Source of the DNA: Saprospiraceae bacterium
GTDB lineage: Bacteria; Bacteroidota; Bacteroidia; Chitinophagales; Saprospiraceae
DNA: 64,000 nucleotides
Assembly (NCBI GenBank): GCA_019638385.1
Contig: JAHBTW010000013.1
Location: forward strand, 70,016-134,015
Direction: 5' to 3'
Of the stretch, positions 19,456-28,505 are shown one piece after another. The stretch's first letter is position 1, and each line of letters opens with the position of its first letter. The position numbers and the translations under genes are program-made. The notes beneath the pieces were generated by a model that was given only the letters and a program-made list of their open reading frames with translations, searched no databases and had not been told where the DNA came from.

Positions 19456-20364
19456 TCACTCCAATTTGAAGCGTACGGGCAGGTTGAACTGCACGCGTAC
19501 CGGGCGGCCCCGTTGTTTGCCGGGCGTCCATTTGATGTTTTGGCTGTTCATCAGGTTCACTACGCGGAGGGCTTCCTGACCGCACTGTGCGCCGATGTCG
19601 CGAACGACGCGCGCATCCGACACCGTGCCGTCTTTTTCTACCACGAAAGTGATCACCGCGGTACCTTCTACGCCGTTTTCACGAGCGATGGCCGGATACT
19701 TGATATTCTTATAGATGAACTCAAGCATTTTTTTATCCGCGCAGGTTTTTCTGGCTTCTGCAGTAGGTTCATTTTCGCAGCCGGGGAAACGCGGCATTTC
19801 TTCCACCACTTTGAAAATTTCCTGCACGTCTTCTTCTTTCGGCGGCGGCGGGGGAGGAGGAGGGGGCGCCGGTTTGTTCTCTATAGCCTTGGGTGCTTCC
19901 ACCTCTACCTCTTTATCCATACTTTGGTCCACGAATTCGGGCTGATTATCCAGAATGACCTCATCGGGGACTTCCTCAATGACGGGCGGGGGCGGGGGCG
20001 GGGGCGGGGGCGGGGGATCGGCGGTGCGCGGCGGTTCCACTTCTATTTCCTCGTCTAAGGTGTCGAGGTACTGCGAAACGTCCACTCGCTTCTCGTACTG
20101 GGTCAGGCCGAGTGCCAGCACCGTGATGCCGAGCGCCAGCGTCAAGCCCAAGTTGAAGAAGGTAGGGCTGAGCCGGAACACATCCGCTTCCGGGTATTTG
20201 TTGCGCACAGCGAGGTCGGAGGTACTGCCGGAGGACTTGTATTTGTCGCCAAGTCCGGTAGCAGATTGTTTTGCTAAGGAACTGCGCAAGAACAAAATAA
20301 GCCCCACAACCAGTACGGCGATCCCGAAGAATGCTATGCCTAAAACAGAGCTACTGACTTCCAT
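19456..20364 (-). CDS. tonB: Energy transducer TonB
   Basis: N-terminal TM anchor, two poly-Pro spacers, and a C-terminal TonB_C domain (YPAIARENGVEGTAVITFVVEKDGTV...PVRFKLE). Confidence 0.85.
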   Translation of the reverse strand: MEVSSSVLGIAFFGIAVLVVGLILFLRSSLAKQSATGLGDKYKSSGSTSDLAVRNKYPEADVFRLSPTFFNLGLTLALGITVLALGLTQYEKRVDVSQYLDTLDEEIEVEPPRTADPPPPPPPPPPPVIEEVPDEVILDNQPEFVDQSMDKEVEVEAPKAIENKPAPPPPPPPPPKEEDVQEIFKVVEEMPRFPGCENEPTAEARKTCADKKMLEFIYKNIKYPAIARENGVEGTAVITFVVEKDGTVSDARVVRDIGAQCGQEALRVVNLMNSQNIKWTPGKQRGRPVRVQFNLPVRFKLE

Positions 20365-20411
20365 ACTTACTGTGTTTTATTTTTTGAGAAAAAGAACTTA
20401 CAAACGGGAAG

Positions 20412-20457
20412 ATGCCGGCAGGTTCGCTTTTGACGTACACCGCCGGCATTTTTTTTT
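20412..20457 (-). terminator. Hairpin immediately after the gcvH stop
   Basis: 8-bp stem ATGCCGGC (20412-20419) / GCCGGCAT (20442-20449). The flanking homopolymer lies on the upstream side for the minus-strand transcript, so the terminator assignment is tentative. Confidence 0.35.
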
Positions 20458-20849
20458 CAACTGACAGAAGCCTCGTAAGCGGCGGCATCGAGCAGCGCGT
20501 CCACTTCGGAAGTATTGGTCAATTCGATTTTTACGATCCAGCCCTCTCCATAAGGGTCGCGGTTTACGATGGTAGGGTCGTCGCCCTGTTTTTCATCCAG
20601 GGCCGGGTTGAACGCCAGAATCTTGCCCGAAACCGGCATGAAAAGTTCGGAAGTAGTTTTCACGGCTTCCACGGTTCCGAATATCTCGCCCTGTGCCAGG
20701 GTTTCGCCTACGCTCTCCACCTCTACATAAACGAGTTCGTCCAACTCGCGCTGCGCGAAGTCCGTAATGCCGACGAAAGCGGTATTGCCTCCTTCGAGGC
20801 GGATCCACTCATGATCGGTGGTGTATTTCAAGTCTGTCGGAAAAGTCAT
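20457..20849 (-). CDS. gcvH: Glycine cleavage system protein H
   Basis: 130 aa. Typical H-protein sequence: YTTDHEWIR, the lipoyl-Lys context [10 protein letters not shown], and [10 protein letters not shown]. Confidence 0.9.
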   Translation of the reverse strand: MTFPTDLKYTTDHEWIRLEGGNTAFVGITDFAQRELDELVYVEVESVGETLAQGEIFGTVEAVKTTSELFMPVSGKILAFNPALDEKQGDDPTIVNRDPYGEGWIVKIELTNTSEVDALLDAAAYEASVS

Positions 20850-20963
20850 GTTGTTGTCCGTTTTGTTTTACTATCAGGAAACGGCTCCAAAAATAGGCAT
20901 GTTTGTAAAACTGCCAAGCAGGAAGGCAAATTTTTATGAGATCAATTTATCCACGGGTATCCG

Positions 20964-22595
20964 TCAGTGTACAAAAAACGGGTAACTCTCTACGCTTTTC
21001 CCTTTTTGAAAAATGGCAAAATAAGCGCCGGAAGGCCAATTTACAAGACTGACCTCAAAGATGTTATCTGCAAATTTTTGCGGCATAACCTTCTCGTTGT
21101 AAATGGTTTGCCCCAATACATTGATGACCCTGAAAAGATAATCTTCCCCATAGCTCGGTACGCTGTAAAGAAATACCGCTTTTTTTTCACTCAAGTCAAC
21201 ACTTAAGCTGCTTAGCTTGATCGGGGCGAAATTTTCTTTACAATTTTCAAGCACGATGTCCATGCTATTCTTTACGTTGAGGCGTCCTCCGCTGGCCGCA
21301 AAGTCTTTCAACGCCGGTAAGCGATCTACTCCGCGAAGAATGGACCGGCGCATGAAGGAGGCTATTTTCGCCGGGTTTCGAATGGCCTCGGAGCCTAATT
21401 CCGGGCAGGGCGCGCTATACAGGAGCGCAATAGCGCCGGCGAGGTGGGGCGCCGCCGCAGAGTTTCCGCCGAACACATTGTATTCGTTGTTGAGGGTAAT
21501 GGTGTAAGAATCCTGACCAGGCGAGCCGAGGTCAATGGAGTTTTTGCCAAAGCCGGAGCCTTGGTGTTTTAGATCATCCCGATTGGTGTTCAATACAGAG
21601 AGGAGGAAATCGCTGGGGCAGGTAGAGGGCATATCGCCTTGCACATCCACATCATAGTTGGAATTGACCGTTGCGCCGGCAGTCAATACGCCCACTTCGC
21701 CAAGCAGGTCGTACATGCCGCCCCACACGGGTTGTTGGCTGCAAAAAACATTGGGCTGCCCGAAGGAGGCATTGGTGACCACCACAAAAGCGCCCGCTGC
21801 GCCATTGCTTTCGTTGTAGCGCCGGCGCTGCTCTATCACATAGTCATACGCGGCGATGATGTCGGGTACACCGCCGATGCTGAGCAACATGAGCCGTACG
21901 GTCATGTTGACGCCGCTGACGCCGATGCCGTTGTTGCCGCGCGCCCCGGCAATACCGGCCACCGACTGGCCGTGAGATGTGACCCGGTGTGTGGGAGAGT
22001 TGGAGGGAAAATCCCAGCCGATGATGTCATCCACAAACCCGTTGCCGTCGTTGTCTATGCTGTCGTCGGCAATTTCAAAGGGATTGTACCACACATTATC
22101 GCGCAGGTCTTCGTGAGCGGGTTGGAAGCCGCTGTCCAAAATGGCTATTACGATGGTGTCGCCGTTGGCGCTGAGGCCGCCGATGGTTATATCCCATACG
22201 GCCGGCAAGCCGATGCGATCCAGCGACCATTGTTGGTCGAAGAAGGGGTCGTCGGGAATGGTGTTGCGAAACTCAATCGGATAGTTCCACTGTGCTGACA
22301 GGACTTCAGGGCGGCGCAGGATCGCATCCATGAGCGGTTGTGCCGGCAGACGCTCCGGATCGAAGCGCAACAGCGCGATGTGGAACCGTTTGCTGAGCGT
22401 CCGGTCCAGCGTTACGGGCGTGTCAAATTCGGCCTGAAGGTCTTCAAGTACCTCTTCAATGGATTCCCCGGAATGGAACCGGACGAGCACTTCGCCGGGG
22501 ATGGGCGTTTCGGCTGCGGCAGTGCGGAATTGTGACTGGGCACAGAGTGCAGCCGGGACCAGTACGGCGAGCAATGGGTATAAAAATAAGCGCAT
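20964..22595 (-). CDS. S8 (subtilisin-like) peptidase with T9SS type-A C-terminal sorting domain
   Basis: Signal peptide. The Asp/His/Ser triad contexts are AILDSG, SHGQSVAG and the conserved block GGNSAAAPHLAG. The C-terminal ~80 aa resemble a Por secretion tail (FRVINVLGQTIY...WPSGAYFAIF). Confidence 0.8.
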   Translation of the reverse strand: MRLFLYPLLAVLVPAALCAQSQFRTAAAETPIPGEVLVRFHSGESIEEVLEDLQAEFDTPVTLDRTLSKRFHIALLRFDPERLPAQPLMDAILRRPEVLSAQWNYPIEFRNTIPDDPFFDQQWSLDRIGLPAVWDITIGGLSANGDTIVIAILDSGFQPAHEDLRDNVWYNPFEIADDSIDNDGNGFVDDIIGWDFPSNSPTHRVTSHGQSVAGIAGARGNNGIGVSGVNMTVRLMLLSIGGVPDIIAAYDYVIEQRRRYNESNGAAGAFVVVTNASFGQPNVFCSQQPVWGGMYDLLGEVGVLTAGATVNSNYDVDVQGDMPSTCPSDFLLSVLNTNRDDLKHQGSGFGKNSIDLGSPGQDSYTITLNNEYNVFGGNSAAAPHLAGAIALLYSAPCPELGSEAIRNPAKIASFMRRSILRGVDRLPALKDFAASGGRLNVKNSMDIVLENCKENFAPIKLSSLSVDLSEKKAVFLYSVPSYGEDYLFRVINVLGQTIYNEKVMPQKFADNIFEVSLVNWPSGAYFAIFQKGKSVESYPFFVH

Positions 22596-22795
22596 AGGGA
22601 CCTACATTTGTTTGTAACACAAACAACGGCCATACAACGGCATTGGTTTCAATCCGCCGGAGCCTTAACTATTTTGCCGTTTGCGCAGGAAATATGCTTA
22701 GTTTTGCATTTTCTAAGCGGGTGTACTTTTTTATGTTTCAGAAAGTTGTCATCTTCGCCGACCGAAAAATTATGGTTTAATCAAAACAACAACGT

Positions 22796-23377
22796 TTGGC
22801 AAAGCGATTTTCCGACCCTGATCCCAACCGGTCGCAGTACAGAACTAACGAGCAAATCCGTGTCCCCGAAGTGCGTCTGGTGGGGGATGATTTCGAAAAA
22901 ATCAGCCAGATAGCCGGCGAGCCGGTTGAAGCCGGCGTGTTTCCTACCCGAAAAGCGAGAGACTGGGCTGATGCCATGGAACTTGACCTGGTTGAGATTT
23001 CGCCCAATGCGATCCCTCCCGTGGCCCGTATCACGGATTTCAACAAATTCCTCTACGACAAGAAGAAGAAAGAGAAAGAGATAAAGGCCAAAGCCTCCAA
23101 GACGGTCATCAAGGAGATTCGGTTCGGCCCCAATACCGACGATCACGATTTCGAGTTCAAAGTGCGCCATGCCAAAACCTTCCTCGAAGAAGGCGCCAAG
23201 GTGAAAGCGTATGTGCAGTTCAAAGGACGCGCCATTGTTTTTAAAGACAGAGGCGAACTGATCCTGCTGCGTTTCCTCAAAGAATTGGAAGAACTGGGTG
23301 CGGCAGAGGCATTGCCCAAGTTGGAAGGCCGGCGTATGCACGTCGTGGTAGCACCCAAAAAAACTGCCAAAAAATAG
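22796..23377 (+). CDS. infC: Translation initiation factor IF-3, TTG start
   Basis: IF3 N- and C-domain sequence ([12 protein letters not shown]..., [17 protein letters not shown]...). There is no in-frame ATG between the upstream stop (22778-22780) and residue ~62. Confidence 0.9.
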   Translation: MAKRFSDPDPNRSQYRTNEQIRVPEVRLVGDDFEKISQIAGEPVEAGVFPTRKARDWADAMELDLVEISPNAIPPVARITDFNKFLYDKKKKEKEIKAKASKTVIKEIRFGPNTDDHDFEFKVRHAKTFLEEGAKVKAYVQFKGRAIVFKDRGELILLRFLKELEELGAAEALPKLEGRRMHVVVAPKKTAKK

Positions 23378-23413
23378 CCTTTGGGCGTAGTTCAAAATGA
23401 TTTTTTCTGAAAA

Positions 23414-23444
23414 TTTGGTTTTTCCCGAAAGGGGCTTACCTTTG
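23414..23444 (+). promoter_or_regulatory. Candidate Bacteroidota sigma-A-type promoter for rpmI-rplT (TTTG-N19-TACCTTTG)
   Basis: TTTG at 23414-23417, a 19-nt spacer, then TACCTTTG at 23437-23444, which matches TAnnTTTG. It sits 25 nt upstream of ATG 23470. Confidence 0.35.
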
Positions 23445-23469
23445 CGTTCCGTTTTAAAAAATTACAACC

Positions 23470-23664
23470 ATGCCGAAAGTAAAAACCAATTCCAGCGCTA
23501 AGAAGCGGTTTTCGGTGACCGGCTCGGGCAAGGTAAAACGCTTCAAAGCCAATACCTCGCACCGCCTCACCAGCAAAAGCCGCAGAGCAAAGTTGCGCAA
23601 CCGCGATTCCGGTCTCGTACATCCTGCCGACATGTCGTTGGTACGCCGTATGCTCTGGATCTAA
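23470..23664 (+). CDS. rpmI: 50S ribosomal protein L35
   Basis: [14 protein letters not shown]...HRLTSKS; 64 aa and very basic. It follows infC in the canonical gene order. Confidence 0.9.
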   Translation: MPKVKTNSSAKKRFSVTGSGKVKRFKANTSHRLTSKSRRAKLRNRDSGLVHPADMSLVRRMLWI

Positions 23665-23746
23665 ATTTTTTATTTTTTAACGAGAGCGCAGGCCGAAGTT
23701 TCCGCTTCACCGCCGAAACCCTGCGTTGCACTAAAAACAGGTAAAC

Positions 23747-24091
23747 ATGCCACGTTCTGTCAATGCCGTCGCCTCCCGGCGCCGGCGCAAAAAAATCCTC
23801 AAAGCCGCGAAAGGCTATTTCGGTGCGCGCAAAAACGTACTGACCGTTGCCAAAAATGCTGTGGACAAAGCCATGGGCTACGCATACCGCGATCGCCGCA
23901 GCAAAAAACGCGCATTCCGCCGCCTCTGGATCGCCCGCATCAACGCCGGCGCCCGCTTAAACGGCATCTCCTACTCGAAACTCATGTACCAGCTCGGTCA
24001 GAAAAACATTGACCTCAACCGGAAAGTGCTAGCCGATTTGGCCATGCATCACCCGGACGCTTTTGCCGCAGTGGTCAAGCAGGTACTCTGA
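23747..24091 (+). CDS. rplT: 50S ribosomal protein L20
   Basis: [30 protein letters not shown]...; this completes the canonical infC-rpmI-rplT order. Confidence 0.92.
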   Translation: MPRSVNAVASRRRRKKILKAAKGYFGARKNVLTVAKNAVDKAMGYAYRDRRSKKRAFRRLWIARINAGARLNGISYSKLMYQLGQKNIDLNRKVLADLAMHHPDAFAAVVKQVL

Positions 24092-24159
24092 TCAATTATT
24101 CCTACAGCCGCTTTCATTGAAAAGCGGAAAAGTTCTTTCAAGGACTATTAAGTGAAGCA

Positions 24160-24193
24160 GAGCGGGTCTTTTGTTGCGGCAAGAGACCCGCTC
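24160..24193 (+). terminator. 10-bp-stem hairpin after rplT
   Basis: GAGCGGGTCT (24160-24169) pairs with AGACCCGCTC (24184-24193), with a 14-nt loop. The T-tail is weak. Confidence 0.4.
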
Positions 24194-24282
24194 GCTGCGT
24201 TTATGAGAAAAAAGCCGCGACCACGCAGGGCGTGGCGCGAGCCACGAGTAAAGATTTTCTCTTTGCCGAAAATTTCCACGCC

Positions 24283-25392
24283 ATGCACATTTTACCGTTC
24301 CGCGCTTTGTTTCCCAACCTGAACCTCATCCCCTCTCCGGATTACTTTTTCGCCACCGTGAAGGAGGAGTTTCCCGAATACTACGATAGCGGTTTTTTTG
24401 AGCAAACCGGCGAAGAAGCGTTTTATGTGTATCAAATACAAAGTGCCCGGCGCGACTATCTGGGCTTGGTGGGCTGTGTGGACCTGCGCGACTACCGAGA
24501 GGGCGCCATCAGAAAACACGAGCAAACCATCGCCGATCAGGAGCAAAAGCAAATGCAACTGGCCCTCAAACGCAAGGCCGGCGTGAAACCCATTTTGCTC
24601 ACCTACCCCGACGTGCCGGAAATCGGCGTATGGCTACGCCGGTTTGCCGAACGCCATCATCCCGTGTTTGAAGTGCATTTTGAAGGAGACGGCCAACACC
24701 ACCGGATCTGGGCCGTACACGCGCCGGAAGACGTGGCCGAAGCGCGGCAATTGTTTCTGGAACAGGTGCCGGTAACCTACATCGCCGACGGCCATCACCG
24801 CATCGCCACCACCACGCTGATGCATGAGAAATTGGAACAAAAAACCAGACAGGGCCACTACGGCACGCTCCTGGCCGCTTTCTTTTCTTCTGCCGACCTC
24901 GAAATCCTTGACTTTAATCGCGTAATTGATGCCTTGGAAGACATTACGCCCACGCAGTTTTTAGCGCGCTTATCGCAATTATTTGATATTGAATACCTAC
25001 CCAAGCCGGAGAAACCCCGCCGCAAACACGAATTGGTACTGTACATGTACCGCGAATGGTACCGGCTGACTTGGCGCCCCCACGTTTTGCAAGCCGACGA
25101 CACGGGCGTTGCGGCATTGGACGCCGCGCTGCTCAACGAAAAAGTGCTCCGCGATATACTGGGCATCGGGGATGTGCGCAATGACCTCCGCGTGGAATAC
25201 GTGGAAGGCCCTAAAGGATTGGACGGCCTTCGCAAAAAAGCCCTGAAAAACAAAAATGCCGTAGCCTTTTGCCTCTACCCCATTGAGTTGGAAGACCTCT
25301 TCGCCTTAGCCGATGCCCAACAAATGCTGCCCCCGAAGTCCACCTGGTTTGAGCCGCGCATGAAGAACGGGATGCTGGTGCAGGAGTTTTAG
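24283..25392 (+). CDS. DUF1015-family protein
   Basis: N-terminus MHILPFRAL and the conserved ADGHHR block (YIADGHHRIATT). ATG 24283 is preferred over GTG 24232. Confidence 0.65.
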   Translation: MHILPFRALFPNLNLIPSPDYFFATVKEEFPEYYDSGFFEQTGEEAFYVYQIQSARRDYLGLVGCVDLRDYREGAIRKHEQTIADQEQKQMQLALKRKAGVKPILLTYPDVPEIGVWLRRFAERHHPVFEVHFEGDGQHHRIWAVHAPEDVAEARQLFLEQVPVTYIADGHHRIATTTLMHEKLEQKTRQGHYGTLLAAFFSSADLEILDFNRVIDALEDITPTQFLARLSQLFDIEYLPKPEKPRRKHELVLYMYREWYRLTWRPHVLQADDTGVAALDAALLNEKVLRDILGIGDVRNDLRVEYVEGPKGLDGLRKKALKNKNAVAFCLYPIELEDLFALADAQQMLPPKSTWFEPRMKNGMLVQEF

Positions 25393-25492
25393 GGTGAACT
25401 CCCCAGCCCGCACCATTCTCTAAACCGCCCCTTGCGCTGCCAATGTTAATTTTGATCTCGCCTATTGCATCTCCCATTTTATTCCCCGTTAT

Positions 25493-28420
25493 TTGCACCT
25501 GACAAAAGTTTTTTTCACTTTAAACCTTACCAAACATGAAACAAAAAGTTCACGCTGCACCCAAAACACGCAAACACCCTGTTGTGAACGGGGGGGGGGG
25601 GTAACCCGAACCTTTAAACTCCTCTTAGCCATGATGACTGCCGCCACGCTCCTCTCCGCTTGGCATTTTCGCCCGGCAATGCCTGCTACTGCTCTTGATG
25701 AAGAACTGACCCTGTGTGAGATCAATTCCCCGTTTGAGCCGCAACTCATTATAGGAACGGTAGGCATAACTACTTACTCTTCCAGTCTGCCTGTACAGTA
25801 TTACAATTTTCTGCGTATTCAAATCAACGGCACTTTTATTATTGATTCACCTTTGTTTTATATTCTCAATAGCAAGGTGCAAATATCGCCAGGTGGACAA
25901 ATCATCGTAAACGGCGGTAAGAAGTTTACGGGCTTCAAATCACAGTTTTTCACTTGTGGGGGTATGTGGGAAGGGATTCAATTGCTCGAATCCGCACAAT
26001 TGCGTCTGGCAGGCTGCACGGTCGAAGATGCGATGTATGCCATAGATGTAAAAAACCAGGCTGTAGTGGGTCTGACAGACAACCTTTTTAACCGCAACGT
26101 TGTGGGCATACGCATGCGCCCTGACGATCCTTTGGCTGCTAATACCATTAACTTTTCCTTGTTTAAAAACAACACGTTTACCTGTACTTCCGTGTTGAAC
26201 ATTTACAATGATGATGTAGAGCCTCCCGGCTATTACGATATTTCGCATGCAGGTATTGACGTTACCGATTGCACTTTGGTCATCGGCGACCCTCTGGCGC
26301 CCAACACCTTTACCGGTGCTCTACACTACGGTATCACGGCGCAGCGCGCTCAAATTTTCGTACGCAATTGCCGATTTATGGATTTAGAAGATTTAGAAGG
26401 CTCACATCAGTCGTATTTTGATGGTATTTATACCAAGGGTGGAAGTCTCACGGTTACTTGGGGCGGCACGGAAAATACCCGTTCTATATTCCATAATTCC
26501 GGCATAAGAGGAATACATACTGAAGGCACTTCCCTAACGGTTGAACATTGTGATTTTACGGGAAATAATACAGAAGGAACAACCGCAATCCATAGCTTTG
26601 ACAACTTCGCATCTGAGAAAATCCGGATAGCCCACAACACTATTTCCTCTGCGGATTGGGGAAGTTCAAAAATTATGGTTCGTCGTCCGATTGCATCATC
26701 GGGGCTTTCCACAGAAATTTACGATAACCATTTCGACGACTATTCATCGGCCGGCTTTGGCAGGGGCATTTTTCTAATCGGCTTAGGCGCTTCTTCGCAG
26801 AGTCAGGCACTCATTCACCATAATGTAATGACGCAAGGAGAAAATAACCCTATTTCTTATGGAATCGTAGTTTGGAATTTGGCTGAAAATAATGCCATTG
26901 TGCGTTACAACAAAGTTGAGTTTGCAGAAATAGCATCAGTTGAAGATGTAGGGAGCATTGGAATACATTTTTTCTTAAGCTACGGCGAGGGCAACGAAAT
27001 ATACACCAATAATATAAAGGGCAGTTCTAATTCTCTAACCCATCTTCGGGCGCAGGCAGCTATTCGCGTTTCAGCTAGCCCCAAGCTGACGGTGTGCGGC
27101 AATACTATGTCCGATACACAGGTTGGAGTGCGCTATTTCGGTGAGAACCAAGACGCCATTTTCTCGACCAACACCATGGGAAGGCACGATATCGGCCTGT
27201 GGGTAGATGGAGAAACCTCTACCGCAGGCATCGGTACACAGGTGCGAACCGATAACCGGTGGTCCGAAGACCCCGACGATTACCTCCTTTGGGCCGCTCG
27301 CTGTGATGCGCCATTTCAGAATTCACTATTCATTGTTCAATCAAGCGATCCCGGCATCATACCTGATCCGGTATCACCGATGAGCGGATGGTTTGAATCC
27401 GAAACCGGCCCGATGAACTACTGCCCTGGAGCGAGCATCAGTCAGTTCACCGATGCCGAGCAGATGCTCATGGCAGATGAAATACAACTGACGGAACTTC
27501 GCGAATGGGAAATGAAGCGCCTGCTGTTGTTGAAGCTCGCGCTGCATCCGGAGGCCATGCCGGCACAATCGGCGGAGGCTGCTTACTATGCAGCGCAAGC
27601 CGGCACAAGCGCCGGGCGACTGGCCCACGCCGAGGGCATGATGCTGAATGCCCTGCGAATACCCGACACCATCCACCAGGCCCTGACGGCACTGCACGAG
27701 ACCCGCAGTATCCTCATTGATAGCATTTTTTCGATAGAAGACGACCTGCTGGAACAGCCTGTTTCAGACACCTCCCTGCACGAAGCGCTTGCTACGGCCA
27801 AGGCGCCGCTGCTGGATGAGCTTGAAGACCTGCGCATATTAGAACGGCAACTTAAGGCCGGCCTGTACGCACTGCGCGCTCCCTTGCTGCAAGATGCCAA
27901 AGACTACAATGAGGCTACTACGGTGAGCGAGACTTGGGAAAGCAGTCGCAAAACGCTCAATGACTATTTCATTCGGCAAGTACTGGGTGAAACCCTTTCT
28001 TCCGACTATCAAACACTGCTGTCTGTTGCGATGCAGACTCCCAAATTCGATGGCGATGCCGTGTATCATGCCCGCGGCTACATCCTCGACCCCGAACTAC
28101 AGGAATTGTGGCTGGAAGGCTGGACCTTGCCCGAAGGCCCTCAAGCCAGATACACGCTGCCTCCGACTACTCCGGAAGGAATGCGCCTGTGGCCCAACCC
28201 GGCAGAAGGGCGGGTCAATTTGAAAATACCGGCAGAACAGCCGGGTACAATAAGCGCTTTTTCCATTTTGGGCCGAAAAATGTTTGAACGCATACAATCC
28301 CTTGAAGGAGACACCGGGGTACTTGAAATTCCAGTCGAAGGCTGGCCCTCCGGGTTGTACTACTGCGTTTTCCGACCGGGCCACGGCGCGCCCCTTTCCC
28401 TACCGTTTGTAATCCGGTAG
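25493..28420 (+). CDS. Large T9SS cargo protein: parallel beta-helix region + ~280-aa helical region + type-A C-terminal sorting domain (functional start unresolved, see G12 tract)
   Basis: Long ORF with repetitive beta-helix-like segments. The C-terminus is RLWPNPAEGRVNLKIP...GLYYCVF...PFVIR. The track start at 25493 is TTG, and the first in-frame ATG is at 25631. Confidence 0.7.
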   Translation: MHLTKVFFTLNLTKHETKSSRCTQNTQTPCCERGGGVTRTFKLLLAMMTAATLLSAWHFRPAMPATALDEELTLCEINSPFEPQLIIGTVGITTYSSSLPVQYYNFLRIQINGTFIIDSPLFYILNSKVQISPGGQIIVNGGKKFTGFKSQFFTCGGMWEGIQLLESAQLRLAGCTVEDAMYAIDVKNQAVVGLTDNLFNRNVVGIRMRPDDPLAANTINFSLFKNNTFTCTSVLNIYNDDVEPPGYYDISHAGIDVTDCTLVIGDPLAPNTFTGALHYGITAQRAQIFVRNCRFMDLEDLEGSHQSYFDGIYTKGGSLTVTWGGTENTRSIFHNSGIRGIHTEGTSLTVEHCDFTGNNTEGTTAIHSFDNFASEKIRIAHNTISSADWGSSKIMVRRPIASSGLSTEIYDNHFDDYSSAGFGRGIFLIGLGASSQSQALIHHNVMTQGENNPISYGIVVWNLAENNAIVRYNKVEFAEIASVEDVGSIGIHFFLSYGEGNEIYTNNIKGSSNSLTHLRAQAAIRVSASPKLTVCGNTMSDTQVGVRYFGENQDAIFSTNTMGRHDIGLWVDGETSTAGIGTQVRTDNRWSEDPDDYLLWAARCDAPFQNSLFIVQSSDPGIIPDPVSPMSGWFESETGPMNYCPGASISQFTDAEQMLMADEIQLTELREWEMKRLLLLKLALHPEAMPAQSAEAAYYAAQAGTSAGRLAHAEGMMLNALRIPDTIHQALTALHETRSILIDSIFSIEDDLLEQPVSDTSLHEALATAKAPLLDELEDLRILERQLKAGLYALRAPLLQDAKDYNEATTVSETWESSRKTLNDYFIRQVLGETLSSDYQTLLSVAMQTPKFDGDAVYHARGYILDPELQELWLEGWTLPEGPQARYTLPPTTPEGMRLWPNPAEGRVNLKIPAEQPGTISAFSILGRKMFERIQSLEGDTGVLEIPVEGWPSGLYYCVFRPGHGAPLSLPFVIR
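25590..25601 (+). repeat. G12 homopolymer at the 5' end of the cargo gene
   Basis: Counted directly: g at 25590, ten g at 25591-25600, and g at 25601. Confidence 0.95.
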
Positions 28421-28505
28421 TTTTCTTGTAAGCTCATCCGGTGTTGCTGTATGTCACTGCAACACCGGATGTATTGTTTTTTCACTCCTCAAAGACGAAT
28501 CTCCT

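Noticed and set aside
25493-25535. TTG 25493 as the true start of the 975-aa cargo gene
   Set aside because: The encoded N-terminus (MHLTKVFFTLNLTKHETKSSRCTQ...) has no signal-peptide character ahead of the real hydrophobic segment. The ATG 25536 plus G-tract explanation is more economical.
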